A stretch of DNA of 64,000 bases from Euprymna scolopes (Eukaryota). The first letter of the stretch is position 1; the number at the start of each line of letters is the position of its first letter. Shown one piece after another: positions 50,385-62,631 of the stretch. Under the pieces are notes generated by a model. It saw nothing but the letters and a program-made list of their open reading frames with translations, searched no databases and was not told where the DNA came from. Made by a program: the position numbers and the translations under genes. The stretch is taken from the NCBI GenBank assembly GCA_053919585.1, contig CM132785.1; one strand, 5' to 3'.

Positions 50385-50790
50385 GTGTCACTTTGATGTA
50401 GGGACTACTATCGGGGACAGCAGTTGCTGGGATACTATGTAGGGAGTCGAGCAGCAAGATGTCTATTCACATTCCACTTGAACTTCTGCATGTCAGTACA
50501 GTTAGGAAAACATTAACCCTGGAGTGAGTTCCGGAGTCTAGCAGTTCTGAGGAGGAAACTGTTGGAGTAGAAGGTCTTCTTACATCTAAGGATGTAGAAT
50601 GTGTAGGGTGGGATTTTGCTGCTTGCCGAGTTTGTCAGGGGTATTTACGTCGAGGGAATACAAGAGCATGTCGTTCGTCAGAGCATCCACCATTAGAATA
50701 CTTGTAAAACATACAGAGGGATGCAACATTTCGGCAATAGGACAGTGGTTGAAGCTTAGACAGTACAGGTTGGCACCTCTTTTGAACCCT
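50385..50790 (-). mobile_element. LINE ORF2 3' fragment, copy I
   Basis: RVQKRCQP..KLQPLSYCRNVASLCMFYKYSNGGCSDE...QTRQAAKSHP...FYSNSFLLRTARLRNSL...MQKFKWNVNRHLAARLPT*. Confidence 0.88.
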
Positions 50791-51906
50791 CTTGATGAAA
50801 AATAAACACAAAATAATAGACGGTGCTGAGGAGCGTGGGGAAGTCTATTTAACTAGTAATATAGAAATAAGAAAAATAAAATGAAGTAAATTATCTAAAA
50901 CAAAAAAATAAAAAAAACACCATAGAACAATGACATCTTTGGCCGATTTGAGACTATATTTTTGGGACTGTAAATATGTAAAACTTGATGGAACAGTCAA
51001 GATGTGGCAAAAATATACTATTTATGGACGAATGGTGGCTTTGTAAAGATATAAGTTACTTTCAAATATAAGCAATTTTCTAGCATGGTAGAAAGAGGCC
51101 GTACAGTTCAAGGTATTCGTTTCAATTCATGTTGCTACTGAATTTTTAGCCGAGGAGTATGAAGAATTGAATCTCAGAGTTATTTGTTATAGGAATTAAT
51201 GATTATATATTTAGAACAACCCACTAATAAAGGCGCAGTCTCTCTCACACGAGTAATATCATAAAAAACAAAGAAATTAATTTTAAAATCAACAACAAAA
51301 ATGAAATCGATGGTCAATTATTATTGTTTAAATACGAACTACGTACATGCACTTAAAAAAGGTATTTGCTTAAGAACTCTAAGAACGAAGTGAGATCTTC
51401 AGTATCTATACGTGGAGGGGAGGGGACAGGAGAGTAAAACCCGCGTCGTATAAAATGGAGTCTTTAAGATTTATGTAAACATTCTAATGAAGAAGTTTGT
51501 CTAGCCAAATAAACAGTCTGTCTCGCTAACCTTTTCAAATTGAAGTAGATCTCCTTTTTTTTATTGGCCAAGCGATTCTTTGAGATCTTTTTACTGTTTC
51601 TTTAACGGGTGGGGGTGGGTTAAATTGATGAGAAAATTGACTGACCAATTTTATTGTTTGAGAAAATGTCTAATCGTGCACTAATCAACAGCAGTAATTG
51701 TCTACTGAACAACAGTTAATAACAGTCATTACAAACGAACATCGCCAATTCATGACATCAAAACAGCAAAGAAAAGCTCGACTCTCCTCGACTGAAAACA
51801 TCCATTCATTTATTTATCAGTAGCATCCATTAAAGGTCACCTGCTAAGGCTTGTTTTCATTGATTATCATGAGGCTAATCTTCAGTTTTTAATCGAAACA
51901 AGATGG

Positions 51907-51973
<67 letters not shown>

Positions 51974-52332
51974 AACAGATTTAGTTGTACAAACATATCA
52001 TGGTAACAACTACGGGACATGATTCAACCATATATGTACTAAGATTAATTTCCTGAAATCCCCAAATAATTGTCCATATTCCACATGTTTTCATATTGAA
52101 GAATGGAAGAAAAATTAAGTACGTAATGATCACGTAGCTCAATTCAAACTATCATCTTTAACCATGCAAATTGTAAAACATATCCAATATGAAAACAGAG
52201 AGCAAATATATTTATTTTATCAGGAATAAATAGCTCTACACATTATTAAGCACTATTATATGAACACAGTTAAGATTTCTCCGATTTCACCCAGTGGATA
52301 CAAACCTTACTATATATTATTCTGAGATTGCG

Positions 52333-52386
<54 letters not shown>

Positions 52387-52387
<1 letters not shown>

Positions 52388-52700
52388 TAGCAAGGAGACC
52401 AGGCGTTGCCCGGGACTGAACACTCCTATATTTTTATTGTCATCGAAATCCGTTAAATCGCTCGGAAGGAAGCTTCACATGCTTCCATGCAGTAACTTAG
52501 TCCAAAATGTTATTCTACATTGCACTCCAGAGAAGCTACTCTTTCTTTTTATAAAATTATTTTATAAACTTTTTTCCAAAAAAACATTTTTCGAAAAAAT
52601 TGAGACATTTACGTGCGGGGTTTGACGTGATATGAGCATGCATTTGCTTTCAAAAGTGAAAGCGAGTGATTAATCATATATTGCACAGGCTTCCTACGAA
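52387..52700 (-). mobile_element. Helitron-like 3' fragment
   Basis: Minus end CCCGGGCAACGCCTGG..TTGCTAG|T; interrupted by the mariner at 52718. Confidence 0.45.
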
Positions 52701-52717
52701 TCCCTTATACGCGAGTA

Positions 52718-53268
52718 TATAAGAGTCAATCCAAAAGTAATGCATCTTTTTTTTTTTAAACTCAGCAGAGAAGTTGAAAAGTTACGAAACGGGAGTGGAA
52801 CTGTTGAAACAAGCGACCTTTTGTGCCCCCAAATTTATTTTCCTACATAGTCACTACTATTTTGAATGCACTGTTGACAGCGGTGGAACGGGGGCTGTGC
52901 ATGAGCGCCCAGAGCACGTTTTTTCACCCGTATCTGTCGCCACTCTAAAATCGACGAACCTATCACCTAACTGGGATGACATCAACTGCCTCAACTTCGT
53001 AAATGTTTAACAGGAACCGGTTAATGTTGATCGGTTCAATGTTTTCTGCATAGTGAATTTCAATGACGTATCTCTCTACTTAGCGCACGGCCGTGATAGG
53101 AAGTTGCTTTCTTAGAGTCTCTCACCGTCAATATCTGCAATAGAGAGATGAAACAATCATGTCATGAATGTATATGTTCAGTTATCATGACAATACAATT
53201 TGAACTCTTATTATCTATTCCGGTGAATTAAAAAAAAAAAGGAGGCATTACTTCTTGTCCACCCCCTC
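52718..53268 (-). mobile_element. Internally deleted mariner element (~550 bp)
   Basis: TIRs GAGGGGGTGGACAAGAAGTAATGCCTCC / GATGCATTACTTTTGGATTGACTCTTATA. The HTH remnant RYVIEIHYAENIEPININRFLLNIYEVEAVDVIPVR**VRRF*SGD...SGRSCTA is fused to the C-terminal QCIQNSSDYVGK*. Confidence 0.85.
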
Positions 53269-54020
53269 CCTCTCTCTCTTACTTTTCTATCTCTTATTCG
53301 CCATCCTCTTTCTTTCCATCCAACGTCTATACAATACTGTTAGGCTGTTAAGCGTTGTTGCTAGTCTATACGATAATGGTGGTGAGTTAGCGCATTTAAA
53401 TGCAGTCAATGCAAGCGTTAACGTTGTCCACTGAAAGAGTGAAGGGGGTAGGATTGATAAGTAGGAGGATGAGAACAGATTTGAGGAGGTCTTTAGTGGG
53501 TGGGGAGGTGACAGTTTTTGCAAAAGTCAACAAAAGCTGGCTAAGCAAGCATGTGAAATATGCGGCCCATTTCAATGGCTAACAAGGACCTTTAAAATGA
53601 ATTTAATAACAGCGTAGAAAGGTACAATCAATCAAGGGATAGAAAGAAAAGGTCACAACAAGAGATGATAAACCAAAAAAGGCATGAATAGATATCGAAG
53701 CAGATTTAAGCAAATTAACATTGAAATGAGTCGTTCAGTGTATTTCTTTATACAAATAAGAAATCTTTCAGATTGTCATGAAATTGTCCGAAAAGAAAAT
53801 TATATTTCAAATTATTGAGTTGATTGATGTCGTGCTGAACTGATTTATTTCTGAGATAACATTTTTGATTGCAAATGAAACTTGTGATTGGGATAAGGTA
53901 AAAACGCAAAAAAATTGGAGGGGACACAAAGAAAGGGGGAGGAGAGGGAGAGAAGGGGCACAGGGAGAGGGGGAAGGACAAAATGGAAGAGGAGGAGAAG
54001 AGAGGGGGACCAAGAAGGGA

Positions 54021-54960
54021 CAAAAAAGGGAGGAGGACGAGGAGGGGGTCCAAAAAGGGAGGAGGACGAGGAGGGGGTCCAAAAAGGGAGGAGGACGAGG
54101 AGGGGGTCCAAAAAGGGAGGAGGACGAGGAGGGGGTCCAAAAAGGGAGGAGGACGAGGAGGGGGTCCAAAAAGGGAGGAGGACGAGGAGGGGGTCCAAAA
54201 AGGGAGGAGGACGAGGAGGGGGTCCAAAAAGGGAGGAGGACGAGGAGGGGGTCCAAAAAGGGAGGAGGACGAGGAGGGGGTCCAAAAAGGGAGGAGGACG
54301 AGGAGGGGGTCCAAAAAGGGAGGAGGACGAGGAGGGGGTCCAAAAAAGGGAGGAGGACGAGGAGGGGGTCCAAAAAGGGAGGACGACGAGGAGGGGGTCC
54401 AAAAAGGGAGGACGACGAGGAGGGGGTCCAAAAAGGGAGGACGACGAGGAGGGGGTCCAAAAAGGGAGGACGACGAGGAGGGGGTCCAAAAAGGGAGGAC
54501 GACGAGGAGGGGGTCCAAAAAGGGAGGACGACGAGGAGGGGGTCCAAAAAGGGAGGACGACGAGGAGGGGGTCCAAAAAGGGAGGACGACGAGGAGGGGG
54601 TCCAAAAAGGGAGGACGACGAGGAGGGGGTCCAAAAAGGGAGGACGACGAGGAGGGGGTACAAAAAGGGAGGACGACGAGGAGGGGGGTCAAAAAAGGGA
54701 GGACGACGAGAAGGGGGTCAAAAAAGGGAGGACGACGAGAAGGGGGTCAAAAAAGGGAGGACGACGAGAAGGGGGTCAAAAAAGGGAGGACGACGAGAAG
54801 GGGGTCAAAAAAGGGAGGACGACGAGGAGGGGGTCAAAAAAGGGAGGACGACGAGGAGGGGGTCAAAAAAGGGAGGACGACGAGGAGGGGGTCAAAAAGG
54901 GAGGAGGAGGAAGGGGTCAAAAAAGGGAGGAGGAGGAAGGGGTCAAAAAAGGGAGGAGGA
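54021..54960. repeat. 29-bp purine/G-rich minisatellite (~32 copies)
   Basis: Unit CAAAAAGGGAGGA(G/C)GACGAGGAGGGGGTC. It has no stop codons, which produces spurious ORFs in all six frames. Confidence 0.96.
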
Positions 54961-55516
54961 GAGGACGACGGTCGAAGTAAGAGTTAGAGAGAATGGGGGA
55001 AGAAAAAGAGATGGGAGACCGAAAGACGGAAGGAGGGAAAGTGTCGAGGACGAGAAAGAGAAAGGTGAACCGCTTAGTACTGCACGGATCAGAATTACAC
55101 CGCAACCAACAGACAATTACAAGGATGGATTGTTGATTTGGAGGCTGAGGTCGTAAATGGAGAGCTGCTACCTTGTAAATTTGGACGATGGGCCGAAATT
55201 TAATCTGGGCAAATGAAGCCGAAACCCATCAACAAGTGCAACCGGGTAACGCACAGGTTCTATTACGTTTTCTTGTTTTATAGACTAAAAGAAGATCTTT
55301 CATCTAATAAAAGTAGAAAAAAGATATATACATGTAGAAGATATAATATTGCCAAGAATAAAACGACCGGAAGTACTGCCCCCCTCCTCACACGGCCGAT
55401 CAAACTGCTAAAGAGATGAACACGAAATAAGAGTAATTATTTTGTAGATAAAACGAACTTAGAAAATAAGTATTAACGGAAGTCGGGGAAAATAAGACAG
55501 GAGGTAATAAGGAAAC

Positions 55517-55572
<56 letters not shown>

Positions 55573-56026
55573 CGGATGTATTTAAAGGCCAGACGAAAAT
55601 TTAGTCCTCCTACACTTCCCCCATGGCCCTTTTTTATTATGAGTGTGTGTGTGTGTGTGTGTATGTTATTGACTGTTTACGTATTCAAGGTTCCCTTGAT
55701 TGCCTAGACAGACTAAAAAGACATTTTATGATTCCAATGCACCGAAGAAAATAAAATGAATTTGTATAATGGGTTGGGTGGGGGAAGACATTGCTGACAA
55801 GATGGATTTGGTCAGTGTTATTGAGTGCATGTCTTTCAAATCATTTATTCACACCCAGATCTAGAGAGGGGGCTGGGTGGAGGCATGCATATACATAAAT
55901 CGATAAGGGAGGTAGACATTCATTAGTTGATTGCGTGTCAGATGAGACAAATGGGCGAACAGGCTTTCTCATTATCTAGTATACAACCTATGAACACAAC
56001 TACACCTGCAATGTATACATCACACA

Positions 56027-56081
<55 letters not shown>

Positions 56082-56832
56082 ACTAAAGCAAGGGGATGGT
56101 CTTCTGTCAAGAAGTGACAATCACCATGTGTGTGTGTTTACTTTAGTCAAAGCTCTCAAAAATCAACGAGGCTAATAATTTCGAGGTTAATACTTGATCT
56201 ATATACAAGGTATATAAATATTCGAATACTCCATTAAAGTTCGCCTTTACGTCTAAAAAAATTAGGAAAGTCGAGAACGTAATTGTTCTCTCCCTAGTTG
56301 AGCATTTACATATCTTTTTTGTGGTCTCTTGGTTTTACTGGATTCCAGGACTGAAATTCATCTTTTCTGGTAGAGGATGTACCCTCTTGCTTTTACGTGA
56401 AGTAACATCACTTGGCGAAAGTGCACCATTTCTTGTGAAAGCCAGTGTAAGTAATCCATACTGAGGAGATCTTATTTGGCCCACGAATATTATGTTATTT
56501 TGAATATTTGATCAGGATTTACTTAAAGAAATTATCCTCATGTCAAGTTATCCTGACAAACTCCTGAGCAGAGAGACCTTAGACACTCGAGTATCGTGTT
56601 CAGTAGGCACATAAATGAAACCGCTACTGTTATAAACCTTTAAAACATAATATATAAAAAGTATATGAAACGCGTCATAGTGAATCAGTTTTAAGGTTGA
56701 CTATTTTCGACGAAACACAAAAAAATTCAACAGATAATAAAGTAAATAAAAGAACGTGCATGTCTACAAGATTCAAAAATAAAAAAATGAAATCGGACCA
56801 CAAAGTCTAATTTAGTAGATGAAAAACTTGTG

Positions 56833-56834
<2 letters not shown>

Positions 56835-56914
<80 letters not shown>
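56835..56914. repeat. (CA)n microsatellite
   Basis: Direct reading. Confidence 0.95.
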
Positions 56915-56916
<2 letters not shown>

Positions 56917-57500
56917 TCAGAACCAGTTGAAGAATTGAGAAAGTAACTTAGTAAAACCGTTCATCATATTGACAACGTGAAAATAAGTTCCTCGTAAATT
57001 ACCGGTAGTATTTTTAGAGGAGTTAAAACAAATCTACTCGAATTTTTGGCAGTGCCGCACCCTCCACCGCGACAAGTGACAACGCCGCATCCTCTACCGA
57101 GACAACAAATAAAATCTTGCATCTCTACTGTCACAACAATTCATCCCCCATTGGGGCCAAGGTCAAAGTTTAGTATCTGTTCAGATGATGCACTTCAATT
57201 TCTGGTTCTCTGTCAGTGGAGGAGAAATCTTTCACGACTGAGACAATTTATATTTTTTGTTCCTTTTCTCCACATTAAAAAACGACCCTGGTGCCGAACT
57301 GTCCCGTGGGGAGGCATTGTAAGTAGGAACAATTCATCCCCCACTACAACATTTGTAACTCCTGAATACACAGATTTAATGATTGAATTTTAAATTTATT
57401 CTACGCGTGAACGAAGAGAAAAAAATTTTTTTTCAAAGTTTAGTAAATTCAACTCGTAGAGAAAACCCTGCTTTTAGCAATCCACGGGGATTCGTAACTA

Positions 57501-57598
57501 GTTTAATGGCTAAACAAAGTAAATGTAAAAGTTTAATGTCTAAACAAAGTTTAATGGCTAAACAAAGTTTAATGGCTAAACAAAGTAAATGTAAAAGT
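57501..57598. repeat. Short 18/30-bp tandem repeat
   Basis: GTTTAATGGCTAAACAAA four times, two copies followed by GTAAATGTAAAA. Confidence 0.9.
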
Positions 57599-58358
57599 AT
57601 TAGTAAGGAATTCAAGTTTATTCTGCGATTCCATTATATAAGCAATTCTAAAAACTTAAATTTTCATTGAATCTTACTTGTGACATCTGGATTGAAAAAA
57701 TACGAAAATAAATGAGGATGAAAAAATAATAAATCTTAAATTCGCATTCGAAAATTTGACAGAAAAAACGAACGGATCATCTTAAAATACGTCCATTTAA
57801 TCTATGCATGTAAGAATTCAAATAGTATTTTCCAATTTAACCGTGCCAGAATGACGGACACAGTCTCTTAATTAAAATACCCGGACATATCTAGAACCAT
57901 TTAAACTAAAACGTGACACATCGAGAAATACTCTTTATAACTGATACGTGACAGATCGACCAAATGATTAAAATATCTATTGGTGCATGGACGCATCTAA
58001 AAAATACAAACAAATTGGAACTACATACGTCTATTAATGCGCATGCATACATTTTCATTTCAAAAGCAAGTTCTCAGCAAAGGGCCACAAGCTAATAAGC
58101 GACACGGGACCAGAAGCGACCGCATCAGATGTGGCAAGATGCCCAATCTTCAAGATGAGGCAAATTGATCTTTGCAATTGATTACTCAAGGTGACAATCA
58201 GAATTTGACCTTGTGTCAGAAAATAGCAGGGCGCCATTTCACTCCACTTGAACGAAGCGTACGCGGAGTGAAAAAAAAAAGTACCAATAAAAAATATAGC
58301 CATCTATCTACATCAATCCAAGAGAAAATGTAATATGTACATTCTCGTATTGAGAAAG

Positions 58359-58389
<31 letters not shown>

Positions 58390-59167
58390 GGTAGAAATAA
58401 TGTGTCATATGGATATGGTAATTGATACAGGTGGTGTTAGTTTGACATAGGCATGTTTTATGGGAATATTTAATGTTCATTTACTACAAAATGCATTTTA
58501 TGAAAGATTGCTTAATGGAAGCAGCAGGGTGGTATTAATAATGTATACGAGAACAAAAAAAATGACCCACGTGAATTGATTTGAACGACGTGTCATCTCT
58601 CTCCATTATATATATAAGAGAGTCATACAAACATTTGACATGCATATAAGATATACACACACATAAAACTATATAAATAGGTTTGGATACAAATTAGCAA
58701 ACAGCTTTCGGTTCTGCCTCGAAACCAATTATATAGCATCAGCTTACCATGTCATGCAAAAATGAAAACAAAAGGATTAAAAAATGTATACGATTGTAAT
58801 AAAGTGATTCATAAAGACAACATTTTAAAATTTAACTTTCAAAATTTAGAATTTTTCTTATACTATCGTCGAAATCAGCTCGTTCAGACGGTTCACAATT
58901 TGCAAGAATATAAACAGGTCTCCAAATGTGTAGCTAACATTGTATAGATATGAAATTTTACACCAAATAAATGTACAGCTCTATTTATTTTCCAACACTT
59001 TTGTAAGTGCAGTAATAATTCACTAGAATATATCGTGTGGATATAAACTTAGCGAGATTTTTAAATGGTTGTAATCTCTTCCAACTATTTTATCAATGAC
59101 ATTTCTTATCGTAAAAATACTTAAAACGATATGTTTTTATAAGTGCAAATGTTAAACAATGCTTTAC

Positions 59168-59170
<3 letters not shown>

Positions 59171-59252
<82 letters not shown>
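59171..59252. repeat. (TA)n microsatellite (representative of more than 25 such tracts)
   Basis: Direct reading; similar tracts lie near 1.1, 4.1, 6.5, 8.5, 15.4, 15.6, 17.9, 28.6, 37.9, 44.3, 49.8, 51.9, 52.3, 55.5 and 56.0 kb. Confidence 0.97.
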
Positions 59253-59254
<2 letters not shown>

Positions 59255-60681
59255 ACATAAATTTTAATTAATAAAAAACAATTTGGTAAAAATTGGGCAT
59301 CTTGTTAGTTTTATTTATTTAAAAAAATTAATTCGAAATTTGTCATTTCTTTTCTATGAAATTACCTATTTATTTGAATTTCACTTGTTCCATTTATAGC
59401 AGACTATGGAATTATTTATGTCCGGTTTAAATCCTACCTAATAAATCACGCTTAATTATGCACTAATTCGATTCATTACTCGCTTTCCATTGCATGGAGT
59501 TTATATATAAGTCAATGCAACCTTCGAGAAACCCGTAGCCCCGAAGAGGAACTATAAAGCAAGAATGTCTAAGACCAAATCAGTCAGAATACCCTGGTAG
59601 AGGCGATTTAGTCAACCATTACTAACCCCTCTAACGTGCCGACGTGGCTTTATTTAACTTCTTTCAACGGCACGAAGGTCAGAAAATAGAATTTAAACAG
59701 AGTGTCCTAGACGGACAGCATTCTAGTCTGTAGAAAATGCCTTGGCAGTCACGTCTGAATTCACCGGAAGGCATGTTTCGGGCTATTATCGATAAATAAC
59801 CTCTTCTCAAAGGAAGAAGTCAAATTCTGGGAAGATATACCTCCTAGAACTACACAAGACTAGCAGCATACCATAGTTAACAGGAAAAGTAGTTTAACAA
59901 AAGTCTAGGCAATTTACTTTGGCCCAAGGGAAAACCTCAAATCGATGTGTCTATGCTTGTTATATTTTGTCCCCAGTCTAAACTTCCTCTTTTAGGCCAG
60001 CTCGATTTTTCACAATACAAACTCGCTCTCCACTGCCTGAAGATGAGGAGTTACGATTTGACATCTACGCCATAAACAACGCTGTCCACGCATTTCAAAT
60101 CCAAGCGTCTTTCTATGTCAACTGACCAATCCTACTTTCAGAGCACAGTCACATCGAACTCACACACTTGTCTTGATAAGTACAATTTGGAAGGAAAACC
60201 TTCCCTTAGATTGAACACTTGACGTCACATAACAGAAATAACGCAGAAAGAAAGAAATATAGAAAAGAAATCAATTCATAAAAAGACTGAAATCGTTTTG
60301 CCATCGTGAAAAGGAAAAAATTGTTGACACGTTCCTTGTTCCAGTAGTGCCTAAAAGTGATGAAGGCCGTAAGGTACACACTACATAGGTTTTTTTTTAT
60401 ATTAAAAAGGGGCACTTGAATAGTAGACAAATCAGATCTAAGTATACAAAGCTAAATTAGAGGAAATAATAGGGGAAAATATTCAGACATAAATAATTTA
60501 TTTAAAAACGATTATTCGCAATTGCAATGGTTTGAGCTGCTGTGTTTACAGTGGTGTTATGGATACTAGTTTAGGGTAATACTGTCTAAAATTTATTATT
60601 CTTAGCTCAATTCTTTAGGAACTAAAGAAGGATGTGTGGATCGCGGAAGAAGTTTTCCATTGTGGCTTAAATAAAAGATTC

Positions 60682-61440
60682 GGCTTTCGTTAAGAGTCGC
60701 ACTTCTTTATTTATAAAGCCATATGACGGAAGTGACGTCAGAAAAATTTTAAGTGGTGCTAATGCAGAGAGTGATCCGCGCTATTTTTTAAATCGTATTT
60801 CCACGTTTAATTAAAGTTTTATGGTGTTTCTTTTTAATCAATTGTAAGGTTAAAGTACAGAATAGGTACAAAACACCCCCTCCCCATGTTAAGAATGGCT
60901 TTTTAAATAATAACCTTATCATTTCAGCACGGATCACTCTCTGCATGAGTACCAGCCTTTTTTTTAAAGCAAATATAAAAATAGGATTTTTATTCAAACA
61001 ATCTTTGAACTTTTTATAACAAAATTATAAACTTTATAAAAAAATGTTTATGAACATTTTTTTAATCGAACAGATTAGTATTTTTTCTTACATCAAACAT
61101 AACTTATAAAATATTTATGAACTGTGTTTTTTAAATATATTGAGGAACAATTTTTTTTGTTTAATTTAAAAACAGTTCATAAATGTTTTCTAACAGTTCT
61201 ATTTCTATATTCGATACAGAAATAATACTAACACCTGATGTTTGATTAAAAAATAACATGATTATAAAGTCTATAGTTTTGTTATAAAAGTTCAAATACA
61301 TACTGTTTGAATAAAACTTATTTTTATATTTCCTGAAAAAAAAACATATACAGTGTTGGTCATCTGTGGCTTAAAATTTGTGTGACCTCACTTTCATCGA
61401 ATAGTTTTGTAACAAAGAGGTGCGACTCTTAATGAAAGCC
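60682..61440. mobile_element. Foldback-type MITE with 8-bp TSD (Mutator- or Merlin-like)
   Basis: Exact TSD AAAGATTC (60674-60681 and 61441-61448), ~70-bp TIRs beginning GGCTTTC(G/A)TTAAGAGTCGCAC, and two nested internal inverted repeats. Confidence 0.85.
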
Positions 61441-61724
61441 AAAGATTCGGTTAGAAAGGGATGCATTTGTTTGAAGTAGTTGAGTGAATTGGTTACAGTA
61501 TTCAAGTAATGATCTATTAAGTGTTCTTACTGATCGGTGTTTGTGATTGGAGCTGGTATCTCCTAAGCGTGAGGCTGTCGGCGTATCTTCCACCTTTCTC
61601 CTACAGACAAAAATAGAGTAGATTAAAGCCGATGAGTATAAGATCCATTATTCTATTAGTGACAAATTGAGTTGTCGCATCAATAGTAAAGACGAAAAGC
61701 CTGCGTTCATGTCGTTTCCAAAGA

Positions 61725-62053
61725 TACGAGTGCCGTTCCAAAAGTAATGTCTTCTATTTTGTTTCCATTCTGCCTAAATGGATCAGGTCCGATTGCATCG
61801 TTATGGTAACTTTATGTTGCAGATAAGGACAGTAGACGACTAAGAAACCAACCCCTGACATGGACGTGAGTCAGAAGCAGAGATGCGTCACTGAATTCGT
61901 GGCAAAATTGCATTTAGAATGATGACTATCTAGAGAAATAAATTCTAGAGAATAAAAGATCGGTCATTTTTGGTGCTACTACACCAGTCATCGTAGCTCT
62001 TCAACATTTTGAGTAAAAAGTATTTTTTTAAAACTTTGGGAACGCCCCTCATA
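61725..62053 (+). mobile_element. Mariner-derived MITE (~330 bp)
   Basis: TA-CGAGTGCCGTTCCAAAAGTAATG / ACTTTGGGAACGCCCCTCA-TA; remnant MDVSQKQRCVTEF joined to WQNCI*NDDYLEK*. Confidence 0.85.
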
Positions 62054-62524
62054 TTAGCGAATACAATAGTGTATCTGACAGGATTTGAACACTGCATGGC
62101 AGATTCTTTTAACCACGGCACATTGCATGGTGTTGGAAATAATCGAGATAATTTAAAAGCTGGAGAACATGAAACAAGGCCGATAGCCATTAGTCGTGTG
62201 CAATCGTGTAATGAATGAATGCGTGAATGTAGGATTGACATGAACTATAATGACTGAAAAATGGGCTGAAATGACTTAAATAAAGTAAATGACTTAGAAT
62301 GACTTTAATGAACTTAAGGATGGATTGAATTACCTTAAGAATGACTTGAATGCTTAAAAAATAACTGGAATCCTTACAAAAACAACTTGACGTACCTGGA
62401 GAATGACTTGAATGGCTTTGAGACTGACTGGTTGTAAAGTGGGTGATCATTTTACATTAAAAAATACAGAAAAGTCATCCCCCACTTTATATCACAAAGT
62501 TACAAACATAAGTACATCATGTAG

Positions 62525-62568
62525 TAAGAACAGATACTATACTTTAATCTTGGCCAAAAGGCCAAGAA
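62525..62568 (-). pseudogene. U2 snRNA 5' fragment
   Basis: Reverse complement TTCTTGGCCTTTTGGCCAAGATTAAAGTATAGTATCTGTTCTTA against U2 TTCTCGGCCTTTTGGCTAAGATCAAAGTGTAGTATCTGTTCTTA (4 differences in 44 nt). Confidence 0.85.
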
Positions 62569-62605
62569 AAACTTAAAAAGCTAAGAACATCATCTATTAA
62601 CAGAC

Positions 62606-62631
62606 CTTTGATCTTAACCAAAAAGGCCAAG
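62606..62631 (-). pseudogene. Second, shorter U2 snRNA 5' fragment
   Basis: Reverse complement CTTGGCCTTTTTGGTTAAGATCAAAG. Confidence 0.6.

Noticed and set aside
11220-50790. Strand bias of LINE copies (7 of 9 on minus) as evidence for a plus-strand host gene
   Set aside because: The sample is too small to differ convincingly from 50:50.
53748-55156. Six long ORFs (272-413 aa), Gly/Arg/Lys/Glu-rich or Pro/Leu-rich
   Set aside because: All six frames are open only because the 29-bp unit lacks stops; the unit length is not a multiple of 3 and there is no domain or splice evidence.
58700-58748. Further hammerhead-like traces (also about 48725-48760, 56657-56675 and 20665-20685)
   Set aside because: Only one half of the core is recognisable or stems are missing; not distinguishable from chance.
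59995-60125. Possible exon or LINE ORF1 remnant PARFFTIQTRSPLPEDEELRFDIYAINNAV
   Set aside because: Short, no partner exon, and only vague resemblance to ORF1 proteins.
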